Position numbers and translations under genes: made by a program. From Lytechinus pictus (lineage: Eukaryota), in contig NC_087250.1 in the NCBI RefSeq assembly GCF_037042905.1, forward strand, positions 24,864,001 to 24,928,000: 64,000 nucleotides of DNA, written 5' to 3'. Each line of letters begins with the position of its first letter. Within the stretch, counting starts at the first letter, position 1. Below are positions 11,058 through 23,715 of this stretch, piece by piece. The notes below the pieces were generated by a model. That model was not told where the DNA came from. It ran no database searches and saw only the letters and a list, made by a program, of their open reading frames with translations.

Positions 11058-14000
11058 ATGGCGTCCCTAGCAATATTGCAGTGGAACGCACAGGGCCTAC
11101 ACTGCCATGGCAGTGAACTTATAAGATACCTAAGTAACCCTCACAACTTATTCTATCACATTATTTGCATACAAGAAACTTGGTTTGGGGAAGATCATAT
11201 TTTTAACATTCCCAATTATACATGTATACCCAGGAACCGTATAAATCAAAGTAGAGGAGGATGTGCATTTTACATCCACAAAACGGTCGACTATTTAACC
11301 CCTCGTTTTGATGAAGAATATGAAATCCAACATATAAAAGTGTACTTTGGTGAGTCACATATTGGCATAGTCAACTTTTATAATCCTTGTCAAAAATTAG
11401 ACGAAAATATTTTAAATAAATTACTAACTGTAGCCTGTGGTACTGATAGGTTTCTCATACTAGGAGATTTTAATTCCCATAACAGCCTTTGGGGCAGTGA
11501 AAAAAATGATCATAACGGACTTATCATAGAAGATTTCATTAATAATCACCATTTAGTTATATTAAACGATCTTTCAGGAACAAGACTCGATCCTCTCTCT
11601 GGAAAAATGTCCAATTTGGATCTTAGTTTTACTTCCCCAGCTTTATCGAACCGATGTTCCTGGGAGGTCCTCAACAATTCTTTTGGCAGTGATCATTTCC
11701 CTATATCGATAGAGCTTCTTATGGATATCTCTAAAGACACCACACCTCAAAAAGAAAATTCTAGTCATATGAAATTTTGGTCTTTCAAAAATACAAAATG
11801 GGCTGATTTCGCAAAGAAATGTGAAGAATTGATGGATGAATTCATTAATTTTGAAAGTTCTCAAGAATTTTATACTTTTTTCATCAAAAGTCTTACAGAT
11901 ACTATCCTTAAGACAGTTCCTTCTAACACAAAAAGACAGCATAATCCTATACCTTGGTGGACTCCTGAATGTACCAAAAGCATCAAAGCGAGGAATAGAG
12001 CTAAAAATAATTTAACAAGACATATATCTGTAGAAAATCTTGCCTCTTTCCAGGAAAAAAAGGCAGAAGCACAAAAAATTATACGTAAAACGAAAAAGGA
12101 ATATTGGGATTCATTCTGCAAAAAACTCAACCGTTTCGTCCCCGAAGGCAAACTATGGGCAACAATCAAACGGATGAACGGCTTGAGTGGCAAGAAATCT
12201 AACAGAATGTCGGCACTTATTGAAAATGATAAGGTAATAACAAAAGATTCAGACAAATCAGAATTATTAGGAAATCATTTTCAGGAAATGGGCTCATCTA
12301 CCTTTCCAACAAAAAACCAATTACCCAACCTTGAATTGGAGATTTCTCAGGCACAATCTGAAGGTTTAGATCATGTAATAAATGAATCTTTCACAATTTT
12401 GGAACTAGAAAAGGTTCTCAAAACCTGCAAAAATTCAGCACCAGGTAAAGACAACATCCCTTATATCGTTTATCAAAATCTTCCTCTTAAACCTAAAAAA
12501 GTAATGTTGAAAATAATGAACAAAATTTGGAACTCGGGAGATATACCCCATGAAATGAAACATTCTACTCTCGTTCCGATTCTTAAGAAAAAGAAAGATC
12601 CTAAACTTGTCTCTTCATATAGACCTATAGCTCTTTCTTCATGCTTTTCCAAAATATTTGAACGTATGGTTAAAGGAAGACTTGAATGGTACATTGAAAA
12701 ACATAATATTTTGCCTCCCATAATCAGCGGCTTCCGAAAAAACCACAACACCACTGATAGTATTGTTGATTTGGAAAACACTATTAAAAAAACTATCAAC
12801 AATGGAGAACATACTTTGGCTCTATTTTTAGACGTCGAAAAGGCATACGATAGATTATGGATAAAAGGTCTAATTTACAAACTTTTGCAGTGTGGTATCA
12901 AAGGTAAAATGCTAACTTTTCTCTACAACTACCTTTCAAATAGAACATTCCAAGTTACAATTGGAAAGAGTGAATCATAAATATATGTAATGCAAAACGG
13001 ACTCCCACAAGGAAGTACACTTAGTCCCATATTATATAATATTATGATGAGGGACATCCCTATCATCAATCCAGTCACCACATCCATTTATGCAGATGAT
13101 ATACATGTAGCAGTTTGGATGTCCGGTAATCAATTAGATGTAACCTCAAAAAAAATTCAAGAATATCTTAACAAATTACACGTATGGTTTAATAAATGGG
13201 GTTTCCGTCTTTCCTCTGATAAAACTGCTCTGGTTTTATTTACAAAAGCCCAAAAAAATAATTGCCCTGAGATAAAACTAGGAGAAAATCGTCTAACTTT
13301 CAACTCTGTTAAAAAGTTTTTAGGTGTCACTTTTGATCACCGACTTACATGGCATGCCCATATCGAGGATATAGTGACAAGGTGTAAAAGGAAACTTAAC
13401 ATTCTCAGAAGCCTTACTGGAACTTCATTTGGAAGCTCCTCCAAATCCCTCCTCATTGTTTATAGGGCAATAATAAGATCGCTAATGGAGTATGGATGCG
13501 AGGCTTATGATAGTGCATCCCAAACAATAAAAGCAAAATTAGATGCAGTTCAATATCAAGCATTAAGGATTTGCGTTGGAGGGCTCCCTCTTACCCCACT
13601 AGAAGCCCTGCAGGCTGAACTCGGGGAAATGCCCCTCGACCTGAGAAGAAAAGCACTCACAGTTAAGTTCAGAAGAAAGATTGAAACACATGAAGACCAT
13701 CCAATTTTGCTTAATATAAAACCGTGCTGGCAATTCGATTTATCCAATACTCAAAAAAATTATAAACCTTTTGGAATCAGAGCAGAGAAAATAAACTACT
13801 CTGTAGAATCATGTAGATACGCTTTTCCTCCATGGCTTTTTCAACACCCGAAGGTTTCAATAGAACTGAACAAGGAACTAAATAAACATGACCATCCTTT
13901 ATATAAAAAACAAACGAGCCTCGATCTTATTAATTCAAAATGGTCAAATCAACTCCATATTTACACAGATGGATCCAAAGAACCCGTCACTGGAGCATGT

Positions 14001-14791
14001 GCTGCCTCCTTTTACGTTCCAGCTTTCCATTACTCCCAGTCTAAACGCCTCACTGATTATACTTCATCATATAGAGCTGAATTAGCAGCAATCATCTTAG
14101 CCCTCAACTGGTTAGAAACTCTTGATGTATACGTAGGAGTAGTAATCTTTAGTGACTCATTAAGCTCCCTAGTAGCAATATCAGAACAAAAAGAAATACC
14201 TTTTGTCTCAGAAATTCTTACCCTACTAACAAATTTAACATTTTTAGGCATAGACATAAACTTTGAATGGATCCCCAGCCACTGCGGTATTAGTGGAAAC
14301 GAGATGGCGGACACGAAAGCAAAAAAATGCATTGCAGAAAAAAATTGAAGTCAACAACAAATTATCTTTAACAGAAATAAAACATCTCATTTTCAAAAGA
14401 TACACTCTAGAATGGCAAAAAAGATGCAATGAATCCCATCGCCTACTTAAACTATACCATCCCACTGTTAACTCTCCCTTTTTTTTGTTCCCTTAGTAGA
14501 TTCCACGAAACCATTATCCACAGACTCCGTTTTGGTGTAATAGGATTGAACTACGATTTAAAAAGACTTAATATACACCCCACGGGACTTTGTGATACAT
14601 GTAGGCCTAACAAATTAGAAACAGTTGAGCATTTTTTAATCGAGTGTCCCAAATATATAATAGAGAGAGCCATGCTACTTACAGAAACAAATCTATCAAC
14701 CCCCCAAAAAATAATGGATCTCTTAAAGAGTACTAAGGTAGAAACCCAATCTGCATTGGTCCGTTTCGTTCTCAGAACGAAACGATTATAA
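11058..14791 (+). pseudogene. LINE ORF2: AP endonuclease, reverse transcriptase, RNase H, C-terminal CCHC
   Basis: APE: QWNAQG, IQET, GDFNSH, SDHFPI. RT: YRPIAL, FLDVEKAYD, PQGSTLSP, YADD, FLGV. RNase H: YTDGS, AELAAI, SDS, WIPSHCGISGNEMAD. C-terminus: CDTC..ETVEHFLIEC. In-frame TAA at 12978-12980 and frameshifts near 14340 and 14485. Confidence 0.95.
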
Positions 14792-15037
14792 AGTCTGAAT
14801 TTTCTCCGCCCCCTAATTTTGTATTTTTTATTTATTTATTTATTCATTATTATTATTGATTTTTTTTTCTACAAGCGTTAAATCTATGAAAGGGAGACAC
14901 AAAGCAGAAGAAGATGCAGACACATGGTCGATTTTTACTCACTTTCCTATGGTCCTATACATTTTGATTATATGTCATTTTACTACATCGACAACAGATA
15001 GCCCGTAACGAGGAGCTCAGCGATCGTCGTGGATCCT

Positions 15038-15072
<35 letters not shown>

Positions 15073-15847
15073 CCACATATTCTTTTTTTCCCTTCTTTAC
15101 CCGTTGCTAATTATCCGAGTTCTTTAATTTGGTGATTTGTCAGGGGGGACAGAAAGGAGTTAAGAATAAAGAGAGAAGTTTTGTTGTTTATTTGTTGGTT
15201 TGTTTGGTTTTGTTTTCAAGTTTGTTTGCTTGTTTGTTTGTTTGTTTGTTTGTTTGTTTTTTTTTTTTTTTTTTTTTTTCACTTTTTTTTTTGGAACTTT
15301 CATCCCATACTTTAGTTTTCGGTGTCCCGAAACCTGAAGTTTTATCAGGCCACAAATCCAGTTTACTTTTGTTTTCTCTATTGCAGCTTAATGTAGCAGA
15401 AGAAAATACAACGTGCTGCAAGAAACAGAACGCATAAAAAAAAAAGATAAAAAAAAAGGAAAATTCTTATTTTAAAAGGACAAAAAATACAATATGTCTA
15501 TATAAGAAGAAAAGAAAAGAAAAGAGAAAAAATGAAACAAGAAAAGAAAAAAGAGAACAATAGAAAAGAAAAGAAAAAAAAGAAATGAAAAGAAAAAAGA
15601 GAAAAGAAAAGAAAAAGAATAGGAAAAAAAAGAGAAGAGAGAAAAAAAAAGGAAAAAAGAATAAGAGGAAAAAAAAAGAAAAAAAAATAACAAGAAAAGA
15701 AAAGAAAACAGAAGAAAAGAAAAGAAGAATAACAAGCTGTTGAAAATGAACAAAAGCTGTGGCAAAAATAGTCAATCCTGACTGGTTGCCAACCAAGGAA
15801 AGAAGAAGAAGAAGAAAATGCAGGGTACGACACAGGCGAGTCCTACA

Positions 15848-15877
15848 CATAGAGATGTATTAGTATACATCTCTATG
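15848..15877. mobile_element. 30-bp palindromic micro-element with 8-bp TSD
   Basis: catagagatgtat-tagt-atacatctctatg flanked by gtcctaca at 15840-15847 and 15878-15885. It is absent from the mirror arm. Confidence 0.8.
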
Positions 15878-16129
15878 GTCCTACACCACCGCATGCAATC
15901 TGCACAGTTACTGAATAGAGTTCCTCGGCACGTCATGTACAGAGAGCAGTCATATGAGTGAAATCCGAACATGCTTTTGCAGTTACTTTTTTTATGAAAA
16001 GTTATGAAAAAGTTTTTTTTCTAAATATAAATTATTAACTAAATGAATCGAATGACAGACAAAATAAAAATAAACAGATACATATAATAGAAAGAAAATT
16101 GAAGTTTGATGGATTGATACAATTAGATG

Positions 16130-16169
16130 CCGAAAGATAGATATAGAAGACTGATAAATTGATAGAGAC

Positions 16170-16220
<51 letters not shown>

Positions 16221-17170
16221 TATAGATAGAAGTAGAGAGAGAGAGAGAGTAAGACAGAGAGATGGATATATATATAGATAGATAGATAGATAGATAGAAG
16301 TAGAGAGAGAGAAAGACAGAGAGATGGATAGATAGATAGATAGATAGATGGGGGGAGAGAACTTGAGAGATGGAGAGATGTTATAGATAGATAGATAGAT
16401 ATATGGACGGATAAAGAGAAATAGAGAGAGAGAAAAAAAGACAGACAGATGGATAGATAGAGAGAGAGAGAGAGAGATAGAGAATCTGAGAGATAGATAG
16501 ATGTTAGATAGATAGATAAAGAATGAGAGAGACAGAGAAGATTAACAGATAGATAGATACTGTAGTTACATAGATAGATAGAGATAGAATTTGAGAGATA
16601 GATAAATAAATAGATAGATAGAAGATAGATAGAGAGAGAGAGAGAGAAAGACAGAAAGATGGATAGATAGATAGAGAGAGGGGGAGAGAGAGAGAGAATT
16701 TGAGAGATAGATAGATGTTAGATAGATAAAGAATGAGAGAGACAGAGAAGAGCGACAAATTAACAAATAGATATAGATACTGCAGTTACATATAGATAGA
16801 TAGATAGATAGATAGATAGAAGATAGATAGATAGATTAAAGAGAGAGTGAGAGAACTAGAGAAAGACAGATGGATAGATAGAGAGGGGAGAGAGAGATAG
16901 ATAGATGTTAGATAGATAAAGAATGAGAGAGACAGAGAAGATTAACAGATAGATAGATACTGTAGTTACATAGATAGATAGATAGATAGATATAGATATA
17001 ATTTGAAAGATAGATATATAGACGGATAGAGAGAAATAGACAGACAGATGGATAGATAGATAGAGAGAGAGAGAATTTGAGAGACAGACAGACAGATGGA
17101 TAGAGAGAATTCGAGAGATAGATAGACGGATAGAGAGAAACAGAGAGAGAAAAAGACAGACAGATATATA
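16130..17170 (+). repeat. Complex (GATA)n/(GA)n microsatellite region, mirrored as (TATC)n at ~20960-22200
   Basis: Direct inspection. A higher-order subunit (tgtagttacatagatag) is repeated. Confidence 0.9.
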
Positions 17171-17684
17171 CAAATAAATATTTACTTGTATAAATTATAA
17201 TTAGTTTTTCTAATGTAACCTCTCGAATTTACCGGCGTGATAACCACCTCGACCATATACCTTTTCCGTTTCACTTGAATGAACTTAAGTCACGCGAATT
17301 CTATATCACACCAGAAACCGAACACACGACACTGCACACCTCCGAGTCAGCCCGAAAGACCCCAAAGACCCAGGTAAAATTACCCCACATTAGATACATA
17401 TATTTATTTGTATATATTTGTCATGTTTGTACATCATATGTGTATGTTTGTGTATATGTACATATGTATGTATATATATATGTATAAGTGTATTTATGTA
17501 CATATATGCGTATGTGCATGTATGTATTTGTATATGTATGTATATGTATGTGCATATATTGTATACGTACGACGTCATTGTTACATATGTTATTATCAGT
17601 TATTATATATGTACATGTATATGCCCATATTTCCACCTCCCTCTATACTATTGATATGTTTCGTTCGTTTTTGTTAAAATAGAA

Positions 17685-17716
17685 CCCATGAAGAAGGCCT
17701 AAGGCCGAAAGCTCGG
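17685..17716 (+). ncRNA. Degenerate minimal hammerhead-ribozyme motif in a Penelope-like 3' end
   Basis: cc-ATGAAGA-a-ggcc(taa)ggcc-GAAA-gc-TC-gg, then AATAAA and (TA)n. C3 appears mutated to A. Confidence 0.5.
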
Positions 17717-17868
17717 AATAAATTGTGGTCTACAGCAACGTCAAATCGTCTTGTCATTCTTTCGCCTATATATATATATATATATATATATAGTCAAATG
17801 ATCTGCTCGGAGATTATAAATAGGTTCAAACAAAGAAAAGTATAAAAACTCCGTGGACAGTAATATTT

Positions 17869-17903
17869 TAACGAATTTTCGCCCATAGGGCTTTGTCAAG
17901 TTA
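17869..17903 (-). ncRNA. Minimal type I hammerhead-ribozyme motif (U3-A8 variant)
   Basis: The minus strand reads taac-TTGACAA-a-gccc(tat)gggc-GAAA-at-TC-gtta. Stem I is taac/gtta and stem II is gccc/gggc. Confidence 0.7.
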
Positions 17904-18409
17904 TGACAAATTTATTAGATTGCGTCAAAATAATGCATCATAAAAATGCGCGGTATCCAAGCAGTGAGCAAAAGCGCACAAAGGATGACGAAAATGATAC
18001 GTCATAAAGGGGAAACGAAAGAAGACAGTAGGAGAAGTAGATAGAGAGAAAATGAGAGAGAGCGCGTGAGAGAAAGAAGAAGAGAGAGTGGGTGAGAAGG
18101 AGGGAGATAAGCAAGAAAGAAAAAAAGAAAAAAAGAGAGAAGAAAAAAGAAAAAGAAAGAGAACAGGAAAGAAAGACAAGGAAGAGAAGGTAAAAGAAAA
18201 ATAAAAAAAGAAGAAAACAAATATCCACGTCAAACGAAATGAGTGGAAAGAAACATTGAGAGAGAAAGAAAGAAAGAAAGAAAGAGCGGGTGAGAAGGAG
18301 GGAGATAGGGGAGAAAGAAAGAAAAAAGAGAAGGAAAAAGAAAAGGAAAGAAAGGAAGAGTGGGTAAAAGAAAAATAAAAAGAAAGAAAAAGAAGAAGAA
18401 AAGAAATAT

Positions 18410-18770
18410 CTACGTCAGACGAAATGAGTGGAAAGAAACATTGAGTCCATTGGGTTGGAGACATCCAAGGCGATGGATAATCTTCTCTTCCAAAAGCTTT
18501 CTGTCCTCATCACTTCCTTTGCAAGATAGAATTCCGAAGATCTTCATATCATCTATGGTGTGTCCAGGCAAATTGAAGTGACGGGCCACAGGAAGACCTT
18601 GAGTGTTGAGTCTAACGGACCTTAGGTGTTCAGTAGCTCTGTCGGCCATCCTACGCTTGGTTTCCCCGATATAGATCAAGTCACAGCGAGAGCAGACGAT
18701 GGCATAAATCAGGTTGGTGGTGGTACAGGTAAAATCTTCCCTTATTTCCCACGTGCCATTCGGCCCCTTC
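18410..18770 (-). pseudogene. GIY-YIG endonuclease C-terminal fragment of a Penelope-like element
   Basis: FTCTTTNLIYAIVCSRCDLIYIGETKRRMADRATEH...VARHFN...R...E..I......PNGLN. The CxxC between the GIY and YIG motifs is typical of Neptune-type elements. Confidence 0.9.
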
Positions 18771-18807
18771 AGCAAAGTGCAATCCCCCTTCAGCAAAGTA
18801 AAATCCA

Positions 18808-18905
<98 letters not shown>

Positions 18906-21900
18906 TGGATTTTATTGCAATAAAAACTATCAAAATAAAATCACAAGCAGTCAAAGACTGAAATAAGTGAATGTTTACATACAAAATATAAAGTAAACAT
19001 TATAAATGAATATCAAATACAATATAAATTCATACAAATGAAAAAGAAATGTATCATAAATAAATACAAAAGGCCAAAAGTACTACAAAAGTGTCACCAA
19101 AGAAGAAACAAGCGGAATGAAAGATTAAGAAGAAAGAGGAGAGAGAAGAGGAAAGAGGTGAGAGAAGGGAAAGAAATTGGGATAAGACAAAGAGAAGGGA
19201 AAGCAAGAGGTGGAATTTGAAAGAGAATAGGAGGCAACCTTCAGAAAAAAACTCGTTATGCAATACAAGACATTTAACTATGGTAACAAGTAAATAAAGT
19301 AGTAATTGAATCGAATCGAGCACAAAAAGGGAAAAGTAGAGCTGAGGAAATAGACTCCAGAAGGAAGTCGAAGCAGTGTTGATATTGCACGAGTAGATTA
19401 ATAGATGGATAGAGAGAAATAAAAGAGAGACAGATGGATAGATAGAGAATTTGAGAGATAGATGTTAGATGGATAAATAGATAGACAGATAGATAGGTAG
19501 ATAGAGAATGAGAGAGACAGAGTAGATATACAAAATAACAGATAGATATATCATGTAGTTCCATAGATTGATTTATAACATAGATAGTGGATAGACAGAT
19601 ATGATAGATATAAGGATAGATATAATATGAAAAAAAGTAATTATGTGTTTTATTTTTCAATATTTTAGCTATTATTCGTTTTCATTCATATAAACGATCA
19701 TGTGCGATAAAGTAAAAAAAAAAATCATGAAGCCAACGTATATAGTTCAGCGGAACAACCAAAATACAGAGACTGAAGCTTTTGGTATAAACTCAGCTGC
19801 ATTTGCACGTATGTTCTGCGGATATCTTCGGTGCGGACTTTTGGGTCGCGCGCCCAGCTGATTATGTAAACAAACGTAGACGTAGACTCTTCACTAGTCG
19901 CTTTGTGGCTATTTTTCCGGAAAATGCCTTCTCCAGGGTGTAAAACGGAAACGCGCAGCCCTTTCCGTTTTACACCCTGGCGAAGGCATTTTCCGGAAAA
20001 ATAGCCACAAAGCGACTAGTGAAGAGTCTACGTCTACGTTTGTTTACATAATCAGCTGGGCGCGCGATCCAAAAGTCCGCACCGAAGATATCCGCAGAAC
20101 ATACGTGCAAATGCAGCTGAGCTTATAGACCAAAAGCTTCAGTCTCTGTATTTTGGTTGTTCCGCTGAACTATATACGTTGGCTTCATGATTTTTTTTTT
20201 ACTTTATCGCACATGATCGTTTATATGAATGAAAACGAATAATAGCTAAAATATTGAAAAATAAAACACATAATTACCTTTTTTCATATTATATCTATCC
20301 TTATATCTATCATATCTGTCTATCCACTATCTATCTTATAAATCAATCTATGGAACTACATGATATATCTATCTGTTGATTTGTCTATCTACTCTGTCTC
20401 TCTCATTCTCTATCTACCTATCTATCTGTCTATCTATCTATCCATCTAACATCTATCTCTCAAATTCTCTATCTATACATCTGTCTCTCTTTTATTTCTC
20501 TCTATCCATCTATTAATCTACTCATGTGCAATATCAACACTGCCTCGACTTCCTTCGAGAGTCTATTTCCTCAGCTCTACTTTTCCCTTTTTTGTGCTCG
20601 ATTCGATTCAATTACTACTTTATTTACTTGTTACCATTGTTAAATGTCTTGTATTGCATAATGAGTTTTTTTTTCTAAAGGTTGCCTCCTATTCTCTTTC
20701 AAATTCCCCCTCTTGCTTTCCCTTCTCTTTGTCTTATCCCAATTTCTTTCCCTTCTCTCACCTCTTTCTTCTTAATCTTTCATTCCGCTTTTTTCTTCTT
20801 TGGTGACACTTTGTATTACTTTTGACCCTTTGTATTTATTTATGATACATTTCTTTTTCATCTGTATGAATTTGTATTGTATTTGATATTTATTTATAAT
20901 GTTTACTTTATATTTTGTTATGATTCTATTTGTATGTAAACATTCACTTATTTCAGTCTTTGATCTCAAATTCTCTCTATCTATCCATCTGTCTGTCTTT
21001 TTCTCTCTATCCGTCTATATATCTATCTCTCAAATTATATCTATATAGATCTATCTATCTATCTATCTATCTATGTAACTACAGTATCTATCTATATGTT
21101 AATCTTCTCTGTCTCTCATTCTTTATCTATCTAACATCTATCTATCCATCTGTCTTTCTCTAGTTCTCTAGTTCTCTCTCTATCAATCTATCTATCTATA
21201 TGTAACTGCAGTATCTATCTATCTGTTAATTTGTCGCTCTTCTCTGTCTCTCTCATTCTTTATCTATCTAACATCTATCTATATCTCTCAATTCTCTATC
21301 TCTCTCTCCCCCTCTCTCTATCTATCTATCCATCTTTCTGTCTTTCTCTCTCTCTATCTATCTATCTTCTATCTATCTCTCAAATTATATCTCTATCTAT
21401 CTATGTAACTACAGTATATATCTATCTATCTGTTAATATTCTCTGTCTCTCTCATTCTTTATCTATCTATCTATCCATCTGTCTTGTTTTCTCTCTTTCT
21501 CTATTTCTCTTTTTCCGTCCATATATATATCTATCTAACTATAACATCTCTCCCTCTCTCAAGGTCTCTCCCCCATCTATCTATCTATCTATCTTCTATC
21601 TATTTATCTATCTATGTAACTACAGTATCTATCTATCTGTTAATTTGTCTATCTTCTCTGTCTCTCTCATTCTTTATTTATCTATCTATCTAACATCTAC
21701 CTATCTCTCAAATTCTCTATCTCTCTCTCCCCCTCTCTCTATCTATCTATCCATCTGTCTGTCTTTCTCTATTTCTCTCTATCTATCTATCTATTTATCT
21801 ATCTATCTATGTAACTACAGTATCTATCTATCTGTTAATTTGCCCATCTTCTCTGTCTCTCTCATTCTTTATCTATCTATCTAATATATATCTCTCAGAT

Positions 21901-21987
21901 TCTCTCTCTCTCTATCTATCCATCTGTCTGTCTTTTTTTCTCTCTATATATTTCTCTTTATCCGTCCATATATCTATCTATCTATCA

Positions 21988-22048
<61 letters not shown>

Positions 22049-22082
22049 ACATCTCTCCATCTCTCATTTCTCTCCCCCCCCC

Positions 22083-22113
<31 letters not shown>

Positions 22114-23365
22114 CATCTCTCTGTCTTTCTCTCTCTCTCTCTCTACTTCTATCTATCTATGTCTCTATCTATTTATCAGTCTTCTATATCTATCTAAGTG
22201 TATCAATCCATCAAACTTCAATTTTCTTTTTATTGTATGTATCTGTTTATTTTTATTTTGTCTGTCATTCTATTCATTTAGTTAATAATTTATATTTAGA
22301 AAAAAAAAATTTCTTAACTTTTCATTAAAAAAACCTAACTGCAAAAGCATGTTCGGATTTCACTCACATGACTGCTCTCTGTACATGAAATGCTCTGATC
22401 AGTAACTGTGCAGATTGCATGCGGTGGTGTGGGACTCGCCTGTGTCGCACGCTGCAACCAGCGACGTGTGTAGACTCTTCACTAGTCGCTTTGTGGCTTT
22501 TTTTGCGGAAAATGCCTTCGCCAGGGTGTAAAACGGAAACGCCGGCCAGCGGCACGGGCGCCGGTGCGATCGCGCAGAGGTGATGGTTGGACAGCGCTCA
22601 GCGGCCGCTTTTCACCAAAATTGCAGCTCATTGTGGCGGATTAATGCGACCGGAACGGCGTAACGAAAAATATGCGAAGCTTTGGAGCGGATTTATTTCT
22701 TCTTTTTTCTCGATAAGAAGACAATGCTATGCTTCGGAGCGGCTTTCTTGGTTCTTTTTCTCAATATGATGAAAATGCTATGCCCTGGAACGGATATTTG
22801 AGTGTAAAAATGGGGGTCCCCTCCGCGGCACATACCCATGCACTATGCATTTTATACTGAGTGCCCCCCCCCCTGCATCCACCTTTTTCCCCGTTCTTTG
22901 TATTTGCTCATCCTCGGCAGCTTGGTCGTTATATTAAGTTCTTTTCCTTTTTTCTTGTAAATTTTCTTCATATTCTGATTTATTAATTTAGCTTTTTGCT
23001 CTACCTTCATTTCCCGTTTCGTTTTTCCCTTTTCTCCCATTTTCCCGGAATTCTTGCCTGTACCATTGAGTCATATCTTTTGATTTTATATCCCTCTCTT
23101 GCTAATCGTGCTAATGCATAGTATTTCCGGATATTTTGTACTTTCCAAAATGTTCTTTCGTTCCTTTTCCCGCTTTCCTTCCATTTTCTCTATTTATGTT
23201 CTTTCTTTCTGTTCTTTTCTTTTCACTTTTTCCCTTTCCTCTTTTTCTGTCCCTTTCTCTCTTTCTCCCTTTTTTCCTTTTTTCTCGTTTTTTTTATTTT
23301 CCCGGTGAAATCCGCCAGTGGGGGGCAGCTTGCCCCCCCCCCCCCGCCTGTTACGCCACTGTGTG

Positions 23366-23535
23366 CGACTCACCGACGACTGACTGGAATACTCCCCAAG
23401 GATTGGAGGATGTGCACACATTGTGTGCGGGAATGACTGATTGAATCCGGTGACCGGGGTAATAATATATCTCCAAAGCGCTTAGACACATCGTTCCAAT
23501 GTATTAAGCGCTATATAAAAGCGGATTTTTATCAT
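23366..23535 (+). mobile_element. SINE 3' fragment with L2/CR1-like tail
   Basis: ccggggtaataat...aaagcgc...gcgctatataaa tail, shared with the SINE at 56783. Confidence 0.6.
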
Positions 23536-23715
23536 TAATGGTAGTTATCACTTTATTTATTCCCGAACAGTGAAGAACAAGTAAGGTATAAATATCTAAT
23601 CATACTCATACAGTTGTAAACATCGTTATTTCTCAGCTATTAAATACATTTTAAAGAAAATATCTACATAATCGATTACAATCGATTACTGAATTTCGCT
23701 ATACTACTATATATA

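Larger units (their letters stand above)
9463..15818 (+). mobile_element. Non-LTR retrotransposon, I group (Nimb/I-like), near full length, disabled
   Basis: ORF1 gag-like, ORF2 APE-RT-RNaseH-CCHC, a ~1-kb 3' UTR, a terminal hairpin and an (AAG)n tail ending at 15818. The empty site is visible in the mirror arm (cgctggttgcagcgtgcgac, ~22445-22464, minus strand). The 5' end is approximate. Confidence 0.92.
17793..18800 (-). mobile_element. 5'-truncated Penelope-like retroelement (Neptune-type GIY-YIG)
   Basis: GIY-YIG fragment, an internal direct repeat (18220-18259 vs 18404-18444), a hammerhead motif, and (TA)n on both sides. Confidence 0.85.
9372..22547. repeat. Large inverted duplication of a GATA-rich unit bounded by ~78-bp motifs, centre ~19956
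   Basis: The motif gcgtttccgttttacaccctggcgaagg...agtgaagagtcta lies at ~9376(+), ~19883-19956(-), ~19962-20030(+) and ~22471-22542(-). 15819-17170 and 18951-19951 are the reverse complement of 19962-22457. Confidence 0.88.

Noticed and set aside
11004..14348. LINE as an active element or stop-codon readthrough system
   Set aside because: Besides the in-frame TAA there are several frameshifts in both ORFs, consistent with decay or sequencing error.
15129..22200. F/S/L/I/Y-rich ORFs here and at 46550-54788
   Set aside because: They are translations of microsatellite and polypurine tracts.
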